Below are positions 13,791-26,954 of a DNA stretch of 64,000 nucleotides, one piece after another; within the stretch, counting starts at the first letter, position 1; the number at the start of each line of letters is the position of its first letter. This stretch comes from the human T2T-CHM13v2.0 reference genome, Homo sapiens. The stretch is taken from the NCBI RefSeq assembly GCF_009914755.1, contig NC_060925.1; one strand, 5' to 3'. Under the pieces are notes generated by a model, which made no database searches, was not told the origin of the DNA, and saw only the letters and a list, made by a program, of their open reading frames with translations. A program made the position numbers and the translations under genes.

Positions 13791-15911
13791 TCTCCCCAGA
13801 GAAGGCTTTGGAGTTCCCATCAGCAAAGGGCTGAATACAGGTCCTCAGGGCTTCCCCTGCATGTCCCACTCAGTGTCAGCTGTCACCCGCTTTGTGATGT
13901 GGCCATGTTTGGCAGCACCATTGCAGTTTGGGGCCTCCACTAAACTCAGCCAGGAAGAGTCTCTGGGATGGGAGGAGGCTGGCTGTGGATGCTGCTTCCG
14001 TACAGAAGCAAAGCCATGCACCAGCCAGGAAGCTGAGTCTGAGGAGCGGCAGCTACCATGGGGGCAGAAGTTGCAGATGAAGCCCCTCTGTTGGTCTTCC
14101 TCTTTTTTCCTCCAGGTTCCTTGTCTTCTTCCCCACCTCTGTCCCCATGCACAGGGGCACTGCCTTCCAACACAGTCTTGCAGAAAGCCACACCAGGGCT
14201 CCAGCTTCAAAAACGCCTGTGGGCTCAGGAGATCTTAGCCCCGAGAGAGGAGGAGTTTGGAAGTTTTCCACCACTTACCTGCAGTTGTGGGGCCTCTGCC
14301 AGGCATCTCTTCCCCAGATTGGAAGAAGATGCACCATTCCCCTTCCAGGCTTAACTGTGTCATCAAACTTGTTGATAGAAAGCCGACTCCCACCCAGGCT
14401 GATTCAAGGCTTGCTTGACGAGTCGCTGCTTCTTGGAAATAAATCTCAGTGATGGATCTGCAGCAGGGCTGGGCATGCCTTCCTGAGAAACATTGGCTCA
14501 GATGTCGTTCATCCAAGTCCCCTTAATCCCCAGCCCCAAACTGCCTCTCGCACCTGCTTCTGACCAATGCAGGGTCATCAGTGCCATCACCCAGTGGTCA
14601 CCCCCAAGGCTTCCTGGTGGGACGGAGCCTATGTCCAGGCAGGAGAATGAGCTCCTGGAGCACCTAGACCCTGAAGAGTCAAGGATGTTTCAGGAACTGA
14701 CCAATCTCTCCAGAGGGAAATCACAGCCTTTGTCTTACCTTTGCTAATTCAATCAGGAGAAAGGATCCCACCATAAGGCTTTCCCACCTCTTCCTGGAGC
14801 TCCGAACCCAGAGGAGGCCCTGCTAGGCTGGGGAGTGAGGAATGAGGGGGGCTTGGATTGAAGCCACTGGGGAGAAAGGAGCTGTGAAGAGCACAGCAAA
14901 GGAGCTGTGCAAAGAAGAGTTCACAGTCCACTGCCTTGGTCTGAGTCCCAGCTGCACCACACGTGCTGGGCGACCCCCTTCCCAATCTGCAGTTTTCTCA
15001 TCTATTCAATGGGATAACACAATACCTACCTTATAAGGTTGTTGTGAGAAATAATTAAGATACTCCATCTCAATAAATTAAGGTCTACTGGTGGCAAAAT
15101 ATGATATCTGATTCTGGCCAACATGAGCACAGATTGGGAAGACACAGAGTCATTTGTCCTTATACAATGAGAGGAAAAAGAGAAGCATGAGATTTCAGAA
15201 AGTACGGGGACCAGATGGGTTCCAGGCACCTGCACCGCAGAAACGGTCGGTCTCCTGAGGGCATCCACAAATATCTTCCATTTCTATGCAAATCACATTT
15301 CTAGGGAGTCGATTGAGCCTGGGTCACATGTGTAGCCCTGTACAGGTGAGGGGGGAGCCTCTTGATTGACAGATCCACCAGCCTGCATGCAAGTCCAGTG
15401 GAATTGTCCCCCAAAGCAAAGTTAAATTTACTGGAACTTAGGGGAATGGATGCTTGGGGGGAAATGGAGGCAGCACCTGTACCTCTCAGAGGTGAAGCTC
15501 TTTCCATGGTGACCAGAGCTTTGTGAGCAGTCGACGCAGGTGAGCAATTCTTATTGCACATGCCAAGCTTTTAAGCCAAGCTTTGGCAAAACAAGACAGA
15601 CTGGGGGAGAGGGAAGGGTCAGGGTATGAGCCATCCCTGTGTTCAGCAGCAAATCTACCAAGAAACTTTGAACAACTGCCCACATCACCCCTGAGAGGCA
15701 AGACCAATAGACCAGCATCCTAATTCTGTCTTCCCACTGTGCACCCCTCTGACTTCTCAGAGCTTGTTTGCATCATTGTTTCCTGTGATTCTCTTCCATT
15801 CCCTCCCTTCTACTGCTCCTGCACCCACGGAGATAACCCAGAATCTCAGTCAGTCCAGCCCAGGAGCTGTTATCCCCATCTATGTTATCCCCATCTATGT
15901 ATGAGAAAGTC

Positions 15912-16404
15912 CAAGGGGGGTATAGACATTGGGTAAACATTCCTGCTCCAAAAGGGAGAAATTGGCCAAAAGAAAGAGTAGCAGGCCTCAGGCAACTCAG
16001 AAACCCAGCAGGACAGTCTTAAACCTTAAAACTCCAAAATTACCTCCTTTGACCGCATGTCCCACATCCAGGGCACACTGGTACAAGGGATGGGTTCCCA
16101 AGGCCTTGGGCAGCTCCACCTGTGTGACTTTGCAGGGTGCAGCCCCCCACCCAGCTACTTTCACAGGATGGCATTGAGTGCCTGCCGCTTTTCCAGGCAC
16201 AGGGTGCAAGCTGTCGGTGGCTCTACCATTCTTGGGTCTAGAGGATGGTGGCTCCCTTCTCACAGTTCCACTAGGCAGTGCCCCATTGGGGACTCTGTGT
16301 GGGGGCTCCAATCCCACGTTTCCCCTTCAGCACTGCCCTAGTAGAGGTTCTCTGTGAGGGCTCTGCCCCTGCAGCAGGCTTCTGCCTGGCTAGCCAGGCT
16401 TTCT
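15912..16404 (-). mobile_element. Isolated MST-int fragment without LTRs
   Basis: Homologous to the ~690-1168 segment ('cattgggtaaa...ccaaaag', 'ggtggctctaccattct', 'gcactgccctagtaga'). The flanks are non-LTR sequence. Confidence 0.8.
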
Positions 16405-16459
16405 CAGCAGGTAAGTAGAGTTGTCACCCCTGGGGCCATTTGCTGCCTGAAGCCTATTC

Positions 16460-16880
16460 TCTGTCTCTGTGTGTGGGTGTGTGTGGGTGTGTGTGGATGT
16501 ATGTATGTATGTGTGTGTGTGTCTGTCTGTCTCGCTGTCTGTCTGTCTGTCTCTCTCTCTCTGTCTCCCTATTTAATCTCTCTCTGGCTCTCTCTCCCCA
16601 CTCCTGTCTCACTCATCTCTCTCTCTGTCTGTCTTCCTTTCTAATCTCTCTCTCTGTCTTTCTCTCCCCCCTCCTGTCTCTCTGTCTCTATCTGTCTATC
16701 TCTCTCTCTGTCTTTCTCTTCTCCTTGCTTTTCTTCTCCTCTCCTCTTCTCTCCTTTCTCCCCTTTCTGGCTTTCCATCTCTCTATTTTTCTCTCACCCT
16801 CTCTCTCCCCCTCCCACTGTCTCCACTCTGTCTCTCTCTCTCTCCCCTTCTATTTATCTCTCTTTTCCTCCCTTCCTCCC
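16460..16880. repeat. (GT)n plus CT-rich low-complexity tract
   Basis: Directly visible. Confidence 0.9.
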
Positions 16881-17392
16881 ACTCATCAACATTCATGCCA
16901 CACAGCAGCCCAAGTTTGCCCCTGGATTTAGTGAAGGGAAAACCTTTAGAAGAAGCAAAATGAGGCCTGCCAGCAGAACCTGAGCCATTTAGGTGACTCT
17001 TACACTCGCATTAGCACATAATGGAAGAAACAGAACATCCCCCGAATCCAGGTGGGTCATGGCAACATCAGGTCAGATTTGCTTTCAAGGGAAGAGAAAA
17101 TCTCATGGAACTCGAGGTTGGAGGCTAGGTTGTTTTCGGTAGAGTTGATGCCACAGAAGAACAAACGTCCCCTTCCTGGTGCCTGCTGAAGTATCCCTTA
17201 GGATTTTACCTCAGCGGGAGGGCTGCTTGAAATCCATTCATCTCCTCTATATTAGTCTGTTCTCATGCTGTTAATAAAGACATATCCGAGACTGAGTGAT
17301 TTATAAAGGAAAGTGGTTTAATTGACTCACGGTTCTGCATGGCTGGAGAGGCCTCAGGAAACTTACAATCCTGGTGGAAGGTGAAGGGGAAG

Positions 17393-17983
17393 TGTATTCG
17401 TCCGTTTTCATGCTGCTGACTAAGGCATGCCTGAGACTGAGAAGAAAAAGAGGTTTAATTGGACTTACAGTTCCATATGGCTGGGGAGGCCTCAGAAACA
17501 TGGTACTTCTTACATGGCAGCAGCAAGAGAAAATGAGGAAGAAGCCAAAGTGGAAAGCCCTGATAAGCCCATCATATCTCATAAGACTTAGTCACTATCA
17601 CTAGAATAGCACGGGAAAGACCAGCCCCATAATTCAATTACCTCCCCCTGGGTCCCTCCCACGCTCCCTTGCTCATTCTGCTTTCCAGATCTAGACTTTC
17701 ATTTATTCATTTATGTATTGATATCAGTTTACAAATCAAGTAGGCTTTACCGGGCAGCCCTTTGATTTTCATTCCAAGAAACTCATGATCAGTTAATAGC
17801 ACCAAAGACCTCAATTAGCAAGCTGATCGTTATTCTTAATGTATGGCCACTCCCTCACTTTCTCTGGCTGTTAAGAGTGGCCACCCAGCCTGTATTTCTC
17901 TGGAATTCCTTTCTGAATTCTGGGAATTCTGGGAGATACAATTCAAGTTGAGATTTGGGTAGGTGCACAGCCAAACCATATCA
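17393..17983 (-). mobile_element. THE1A-like solo LTR carrying a ~250-bp foreign insert
   Basis: Diagnostic 'gaagaaaaagaggtttaattggacttacag' and 'gggaattctgggagatacaattcaagttgag'. A 5-bp TSD GGAAG lies at 17388-17392 and 17984-17988. Confidence 0.88.
17675..17916 (+). repeat. Direct copy of 19110-19352
   Basis: Hand alignment gives about 24 differences over ~243 bp (~90% identity). Confidence 0.95.
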
Positions 17984-18249
17984 GGAAGCAAGGCACCTTC
18001 TTCACAAGGTGGCAGGAGGAGGTGCTGAGCGAAGGGGGAAGAGCCCCTTATAAAACCATCAGATCTCATGAGAACCCACTCACTACAGGAGAACAGCATG
18101 GAGGAAACTGCCCTCATGATTCAATTACCTCCACTTGGTCTATCCCTTGATACGTGGCAATTATGGGGATTATAGGGATTACAATTCAAGGTGAGGTTTG
18201 GGTGGGGACACAGAGCCTAACCATATCATCCTCTTTTAAGAGTTAGGCA

Positions 18250-18450
18250 TGATCTCAGGTGCTAGACTCAGACCACCTGGGCTTAAATTCCAGCCTTATT
18301 AGCTGTGGGACCTTGGGCTGTCTTTTAAATGTCCTAAGCCTCCATTTTCTCATCTGTAAAGTGGGAATGATAATAGTGCCTCCCCTGGAGACATGTTATA
18401 AGGATTAAATGAAATAATGAGTGTACAGTGTCAGCTTTCACCAAATACTG
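18250..18450. mobile_element. MIR
   Basis: 'cctccattttctcatctgtaaagtgggaatgataatagt...aggattaaatgaaataat'. Confidence 0.75.
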
Positions 18451-19509
18451 GCTCTCACGGCGATGGTGGGAGTTATGGATGGATGTGACGAGCATCACCT
18501 TGATGGCCTCCTTCAGGTCTCTGGTTGTCATGCCCCACCCCCCACCCCCCACCCCACCAAAGGCTTCCTAGATGCACTTGCTTTTGCCTTGCTACTTGGA
18601 TGTGAAGATGAAGGCTGGGGCTCTCACACTAGTCCACCCTTGCCTTAGAGCCCAGATTCCATGGCTCTTCGTGATTCCTCTGTCAACATGAGCCATGAGG
18701 AGATCCCATCTCTTACTGAGGATACCAAGTGTTCACCCTGGAGCTGGGGAAATAACCAGTAAGTGGACTCAGGATTGAGCACACAGAGGGGCTAAAAGAT
18801 CTCACCAAGTCACCACACCCCCACTTGACTCCATTTCAACTAGGGGACCATGGGGATGTGTGAGCCCAGAGCCAGTGCCCAAGAGTCCACATTGCAGGTA
18901 CTTCCCCTTCCTCTGTGCGCAGTAAAGCTATGAACAGCATGGATCCCTTGGGAAAGGCTGGGGGAAAGGTCCCTACTGTCCACCTAGGGCTCCTTCCCTC
19001 TTCCTTCCAGGACCCCAGATCCCCCTTCAGAGGGCTTTGAGTCTGAGAACTAACTCAGGTGTGGAAATTCTCAGGGCTCATGACTCTACCATGGAATTTT
19101 ACAGTCATGATTCTGTTTTCAAGATCTAGATGTTAATTTATTCATTTATGTATCGATATCAGTTTACACATCAAATAGGCTTTGCCGGGCAGCCCTTTGA
19201 TATTCATTCCAAGAAACTCATGATCAATTAACAGCATTAAAGACCTCTGATTAGCAAGCTGATCGTTATTCTTAATGTATGGCCACTCCCCCTCTTTCTT
19301 TGACTGTTAAAAGTGGCCACCCAGCCTCTGTTTCTCTGGGATTCCTTTCTGACTTCCACTGTTGTCAGAATTTTACAAACACAGCGAACGTAAGTTCAGT
19401 TTCTACTGGTGCTTCCCTCTCCATCATATGTGTCAAGATCTTGGTAAAAAGGAGTGTGGCATTGGCCTTCTCAGGGACATGGCATGGGTGTTTGTGCATG
19501 CATGTGTGA

Positions 19510-19564
19510 ATGTGTGTGTGTGTGTGTGTGCGCGCACGTGCATGCATGTGTGTGTGTGTGTGTG
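19510..19564. repeat. Alternating purine-pyrimidine tract, (TG)n with a CGCGCACGTGCATGCA core
   Basis: About 55 bp of uninterrupted RY alternation. Confidence 0.9.
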
Positions 19565-19781
19565 GTTGACTGGGTGTTAGTAACATGAAATGAGCATCAT
19601 AGATCCACTCCATATCTCTACCTCCTTTAGTCTTTAAATCCATCCTGTATCATGCCAAGAATTTGGTACCTCATGTTCATTTATGGAGGGATATTTTTGA
19701 GCCAAGGCTTGCAATAACCAGCAAGAAAATGATTTGATCCCCTTTTGGCTGTCAGGCTGCCATCTTACATTACATCTATAT

Positions 19782-20230
19782 TGTGTTGGGCTTTACCCCC
19801 AAATAAGATGTGTCCCCATTGTCTGTGAATGTGACCTTATTTGGAAATAAGATGTTGTGGATGTGATAAAGTTAAACTGAAGTTCTACTGGAGTGTAGAG
19901 GACCCTAACCCAGTAACTGTGGTCCTTATAAAAAGAGGAAACGTGGGGGCAGAATGCCAGGGAGAACAGGACCACACAGAGAGATTGTCATGTGACAAAG
20001 AGAAAGTTTGCAGCGATACGTCTGCAAGCATGGAACACTAAGCTGTGATGGCGACCACCGAGCCAGCAAGAAGAGAAGGAAGCTTCTCTAGAGCCTCTGG
20101 CATGCGTGGGCTTGCCTGCAGCTCGATGATGGACTTCTAAGCACCAAGAACTACCACCGGAAAAGTATCTGTTGTTGAAGGCACCCAGGGTCATGGCACT
20201 TTATTACAGCAGTCCCAGGAAACAAACACA
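19782..20230 (+). mobile_element. MLT1 LTR (MLT1B/C-like)
   Basis: 'gaatgtgaccttatttggaaataag', 'ggtccttataaaaagagg' and 'ttattacagcagtcccaggaaacaaacaca'. Confidence 0.75.
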
Positions 20231-20999
20231 ACATCTAAAGCTCATGATCCCCACCTTTGTATTCACAAATTATACCCAACACCCAACGTGAACTGTGCTC
20301 CTCCTCCCTAAACAGGCTTTCCCACACACATGCCCCCAGGTATTTTGTGATGAAAATTAGCAAAAGCCTGCAGCTCTTTCATAGCACAAAGTCTTCTGCT
20401 GCCTTTTCATTTTGCAGTTGGTGCCCTAGGATGTGCCAAGGTCCGACTCTAGTTACCAGCCTGAAGACAATGCAGGCAGGCAATGAGGGAGTTCATCTTC
20501 TCTTACAAGGAAGCTTGCTTTAGCTAGGGAGGAATGTTGCCCTCAAGGAGGACTGGACTAGCTGCCTCAAACAAGGATGGAGCCTGCCTCCTCAGTTTAG
20601 TACCAAGGCAGGAGCATTAACAAGAGGAATGCAAATTCTCCCACATATTTCTACTTTGATTTTTAGGTTTCCATTCTTTCTTGATCAGTGTCCTCTATTT
20701 TACATACAAGACTTGGTAAACCTGTAAATTCAACTGATAGTGTAATTCAGCATTGGAAAGATAAAACTTAGAGGGTTCTGTGACTACTGTATTTTTTGTT
20801 TGTTTGTTTGTTTGTTTTGCTATTTCTGCCAGCTGAACGGTAAGAGATTGTTCAGCATGGTCATAGAGCAATGTCCTTGAGCTTTATACTATGCCTCAAG
20901 CTGAGTATTTGGAGTTTTGAAGTTGGCATTCTCTTGCCTGTAGTTATTTCATATAGCAGAAATGGCCGATTCACCACTAGAGTCTAAATTGTTCATAGG

Positions 21000-21219
21000 T
21001 GCTATGGTTTAAATGCATCCTTCAAAGTTCATGTGTTGGAAACGTAATCCCCAGTGCAACAGTGTTGAGAATGGGGTCTTTGGGATCTTTAGGAGGTGAT
21101 TAGGTCATGAGGGATCTGCCCTCGTGAATGGATTAACAGAGTTATCTTGGGAGTGGGCTTCGTAAAAAGGATGAGTTAGACTCCTGTCCCTCCTCTCTGT
21201 CTCTCTGTCTCTCTCTGTC

Positions 21220-21259
<40 letters not shown>

Positions 21260-21429
21260 GCCTTCCCGCCTTCCACCATAGGATGATGCAGAAAGAAAGC
21301 CCTTGCCAGATTCAGGCCCCTCAACTTTGGACTTTCAGCTTCCACAATCGTAAAAAAATAAATCTCTGTTCTTTATAAATTACCCAGTCTCAGGTATGCT
21401 GTTATAGCAGCACAAAATGGACTAAATCA
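21000..21429 (+). mobile_element. MSTC/MSTD-like LTR with internal (CT)n
   Basis: Runs 'tgctatggttt...gttcatgtgttggaaac' to 'ataaattacccagtctcagg...gcagcacaaaatggactaa'. Confidence 0.8.
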
Positions 21430-22195
21430 ATATGTCACACTGCTTTATGGTGGCACCAGCATGGTTCCTCCCTCTCCATGTCTTTGCTGCACTGAGTACT
21501 GGACTCCAGGTCATAACAGGCAATGATTTAGTTAGCTCCGTGCTAAGGGCCACTACAATTCCATCCCAGAATATTAATTGCACCTTCCCCGCCTTTCATC
21601 CCATCCTGCAGCTGTGATCGCAAATGGCCCCAGCTATTCAGTCTCTTCTTGTGATGTTAGAATGCCCCCACCCCATGCCAGGAAAGCACAGGGCTGACCT
21701 GCTGGAGATCGACTTCCCAGCCTCCATGGTGGCTAAACGTGGCAATGTGACTGAGCCCATGGGATGTCAGCAAACGCAATGTATGCGACTTCCCAGTCAC
21801 GTGCCCCAAAGGAAAGATGACTTTCCTCTAGTTCTTCCCAATGTTTTGGAAATATGTCAGTTTCTAGGTAACAGCCGCTCACAAAGAACAGCACCGTCTT
21901 CCCAAAACTCAGACTATTGTGCGAGAAAGAAACAAACATTTACCTTGGTTTAGCCACTCCCACTGGGATCTCTTTGTTATAGCATCTTAGAGCCTCTCCC
22001 TTTACTGATACAAATCCCCAAATCCTCCCTCTGTCCTTGAGTGTCTCTTGTCTCCACTCTGTGCCTGGCATCAATTTGTGCATTAGAATTCTTGGTTGTA
22101 TGCAAAGAAACTGGCTCTAGATAAATTCAGTACATACAAACACACACACACATACCAGAAAGATATAAAGTGCTTTACCCATGTATAAAAAGGGA

Positions 22196-22475
22196 GGCCG
22201 GGCACGGTGGCTCATGCCTGTAATCCCAGCATTTTGGGAGGCCGAGGCAGGCAGATCACAAGGTCAGGAGATTGAGACCATCCTGGCCAACGTGGTGAAA
22301 CCCCGTCTCTACTAAAACTACAAAAATTAGCTGGGCATAGTGGTATGCGCCTATAATACCAGCTACTTGGGAGGCTGAGGCAGGAGAATTGCTTGAACTG
22401 GGAGTTGGTGATTGCAGTGAGCCGAGATCGCCGTGCCACTGCACTCCAGCCCGGCGACAGAGTGAGAGTCTGTCT

Positions 22476-22517
<42 letters not shown>
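22196..22517 (+). mobile_element. AluS (Sc-like) with a pure A41 tail
   Basis: Full Alu body. The A run spans 22477-22517. Confidence 0.93.
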
Positions 22518-22518
<1 letters not shown>

Positions 22519-22833
22519 GGTGGGTGGGGTGGGGAAGGACCAGGCTTTAAAATGGATGGGAACCAAAGGAATTATGGAGGAGTAGGCAAGAAAATTCATG
22601 AATCGCAGTTACTTGACCCACATGCCCCACCATGGCCTCTGCTGAAATGAACACTGAATTCTCCCTGCAAGCCGCATCATTCCCTACAGATTCACAAATC
22701 CGTGGAAGAGCATCTGAGGTATTGAGTGTAGGCCACACTGCATCTGCCGGCTGACTGTGTGGGGCAGGGAGGGGACTGCTTCCCATTCAAACCACATTCA
22801 GTGGGGAACCCACAACAGAGGAAAAACAGGGTT

Positions 22834-23548
<715 letters not shown>

Positions 23549-24225
23549 CTTATATCTACACAGTTTAGAGATGTGTCTACTCCAGCACCCAGGACTTCAT
23601 TTCGTACCTGAGATCCTGGGTGACTTTGGGAAACACGAAGCCTTGCTTTAGAAAAGTAGGAAATGTTGAAACCTCACAAATTCGAACCGTTATATTAAAA
23701 ATTCAAAAGAAGAAAGTTTTGAGGTCTCAGCAAAACAGCCATTCTGAGAGGAGCCTGCTGTCAGGAGCAAGCCCCGTAGCCTCTTTCCCAAGAACTTCCC
23801 TAGGAAACTGTCATCATCTCAGACAGTGCACTGGACCTGTGGTCTTCTTTCCCAGCCAGCAAGCTAAGAAACAAAGAGCATGTCCGTCTTGCCACTGTTT
23901 GCCCTCGTTTATAAAGCTGGCGAGCTTGTTGTATAGACCGTTAACACCCACGTATTGATTTGCAGGGAGAAATACACAGGCATTGGAATCAGAGGACTGG
24001 CATATGCAGAGCCGGTCCATTCTCCCCCCTGGAGGAAGACTGACAGAGGGGGCCAGTTACAATCAGAATGCTGTTTGGTGAGCATGGAATCAGAACAAGG
24101 ACAAATATTTAACTTGGGAGAACCTGATGCTTACATCTCATTGCAGAGATGGTCCTTCCAAGGCCCTGGAATATACAAAATCCACTGTGGCTCCCTCTCC
24201 CCTGGACAAGACAGGGCATAAGACA

Positions 24226-24730
24226 ATTCAGTTATTTAGAAAATAATTTTGAGGGCCCACCATGTGCTACACTGTATTAGCCCTAGGGATCAAGTGATGT
24301 GTTCAAGAGACATAAAGGAACCTGTGTGATAGGCACACATCGAGATAGTAGCAGAACAGTCAGCAAGGTGCGTGAGACAGAGGGAGGCTAGGGCCTGTGT
24401 GGCCTTTATGCCCAAGGAAGTAAGTTTGAAATTCACTCTAAGTGAAATAGGATCCCACTGTATTTGATTTACATGTCAATAGTTTGAGGGAAGGAAAAGC
24501 AGGAAGTTCCACTGGAAACAATTGCAGTAATGCCAAAATGCTGGGTCCACCTATAGAGGAGGCCATAAACGTGGAGAGAAAAAGGGAAGTTTGAGACAAA
24601 TTTGTGGGGAAGAGCTGGCAGGACATCTGACAGATTGGATATAGGATGAAGAGAAGGAAGTACTGGAGGGCGGCTGGCATTTCAGACTTGAACCACAGGT
24701 GGACGATGGTGCTGTTGCCCAAGATGAGAA
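24226..24730 (-). mobile_element. L2 fragment
   Basis: L2 antisense motifs 'gagggcccaccatgtgc' and 'ggacgatggtgctgttgcccaagatg'. Confidence 0.55.
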
Positions 24731-25441
24731 ACGCTGGGGTCTCTCTCACCTGAGTTCTCAACTTATTGAGAACTAAGACTGAGAAAGGGCAGATGGAGGC
24801 CAAAACATCACCTCTGATGGAGGACACATCACAGAACTGTGTCCTTGAGGGCCGAGGGCTTCCACCAGGAAGGAAGGGGGTTGCTGAGTGGGTACCATGC
24901 TGAGTTTTTTTCCAGATAAGTTACTCCCCCTGCCCTGAGATCAGACCAAGTGAAGGAGGAGAGTTAGGAAGTGTCTGGTCAGCAGAGCTTCCCCCACCTG
25001 GAGGGAAACCCCAGGACTGGAGAAGGAGCATCAACCCCAACAAGGAAGACTGAGTAAGGAAAATAGGTCTGAAGAACATGAGTCCGATGTTGGTCAGACA
25101 TCCAAGCACAGCCATCAGGAAGTGGGTGGTGTTAGTTGGAGGAGACGTCTGGGAAGGAGTTACAAATCTGGACTCATGCATGCACCTGTGTTGCTCCAAG
25201 CTGTGAAACCAAATGGGATCACCAGAGGAGAGATGCCCAGGGAGAGAAGAAGATGGCCCAGGACCAAGGTGCTGGTGAGGGGCAGAGGCTGGGAGTGAGG
25301 AGGGTCTTGCCTCGTGTTCCCTTCCATGAAGAGTATCCTCCATGGTGTGTTCTCTGCCCTTCTCGGCTTCCCTCCTGGCTCCTCCCCAAGGGACAAAGAG
25401 TACCTTGTGTGTGAGTCTGCAAAGAAGAACAAACATGTGCT

Positions 25442-25822
25442 TGCTATGGTCTGAATGTGTCCTCCAATATTTATATGTTGGAAGCTAACGTGATGGTATT
25501 AAGAGGTGGGCCCTTTAGGAGGTGATTAAGTCCTAAGGGTGGAGCGCTCATGGATGGGATTAGAGTCTTATAAAAGGGTTTGAGGGAGTTCAATTCTCTT
25601 ACACTATTCCACCTTGTAAGGACAGAGTGTTCATCCCTTTTGTCCTTTCTACCCCTTCTGCCATGTGAGGATGTGGCAAGAAGGCCCTCACCAGATACCA
25701 AATTCCAGTGTCTTGATCTTGGACTTCCCAGTCTCCAGAACTGTAAGAAATAAATAATTGTTTTCTTCATAAATTACCCAGTCTCAGGCATTTTGTTATA
25801 GCAGCACAAATGAGCTGAGACA
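25442..25822 (+). mobile_element. MLT1A/MSTD-like LTR
   Basis: Runs 'tgctatggtctgaatgtgtcctcc' to 'ttgttatagcagcacaaatgagctgagaca'. Confidence 0.8.
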
Positions 25823-26954
25823 GTGTTGTACAGTCCTTCTCTTTTCTACTTTTGTTCCCTCTTCTCTTGGAAGCAAGTCCCCTACTTCCAGGAACATGCA
25901 TTCTCCCCTGCTCCTCTGCTCCTCCAGGTAGTCAGTCTTGCAAAGAGTCTGCCCCGCATGGGAAGACTTCAGGGGTCAAAATAGCCTGGGACATCCAGAA
26001 AAGATAATCTGTTTAATTCTGGGGCATCCAATCCAGAAAAAATCAGGTGGCTGTGATATCAGCCACATCCTCCAGGGACTAGCTATATCCATAACAGAGA
26101 CAACTTGGGATTTTCATCTGCTTTATTCAAAAAGCCTTATTTCTCAGTTGATCCATTATGAAGGCAGAGAGGAGTGCTGCTGTTTATTGGGCCAACTTAA
26201 ATTCAAACACAAGCCCTGATGAAAAGCACCCTGAGACAGGTGCAGCCCCACTGACCCCTGTGAATCTCCTTTCAGTGCTTCTGTGGCTGATAAGCCCCAA
26301 TACTGACCAGCTCTGTATTTTTAAAATTCAATCCATCAAACTCAGGTTAGAGGACAGTGTAGGGGCTGGGATCCATTCTGTTTCTTCAGCCACTTGCATA
26401 TTTTAATCCATTGTTTAACATTAAAGATAAAGTCTTATTTCCACATTGCTGTGGGGATGCCTCCCTTTGCCTTGAAGTATCAACTCTCACACTTATCTAG
26501 AACTTGGATTAATTATCATAAGGACTAGGCAGGCATTTCTTCTGTCTCCAGCAAACCACAGCAAAGTAATACCATTGACAGACTTGTAAGTGGATCCTGA
26601 TAGGTCTTAAGGCTGGTCTGTTAAATGTCGCAGAAGTGAACTCTGACATCCACAGAAAGAGCCAATTACAAATAAGTATTATATTCAGTAGCACAGTTTG
26701 AGTTGCTGCACATACTTGGAAATAATAATTTTTTTAATTGGTTAATTTAAGAAAAAAGACATTCTACACTAGAATTTTATTAATGTCCCTTGCTCTGTTT
26801 CCCATCAAGTAGCCCAAATTGGTGAAGTCAACTATGCACCCTATATATATATAACATATATTAATATGTATTGAGTGTGTGGGCAAATTGTTCTCTGCTT
26901 CATGAAAGGATTCACTTTAGGACAAGCCTGGTGTAATTATGGACTTGTTTACAC

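Larger units (their letters stand above)
17248..18228 (-). mobile_element. THE1D/MSTA-like solo LTR, interrupted by a THE1A LTR
   Basis: Halves at 17248-17392 and 17984-18228. A 5-bp TSD TCCTC lies at 17243-17247 and 18229-18233. Confidence 0.88.

Noticed and set aside
17474-17492. PRDM9 hotspot motif in THE1A as the cause of the insertion
   Set aside because: The site reads CCTCCCCAGCCAT, the ordinary consensus form, not the hotspot variant CCTCCCTAGCCAC. The event also predates current PRDM9 alleles.
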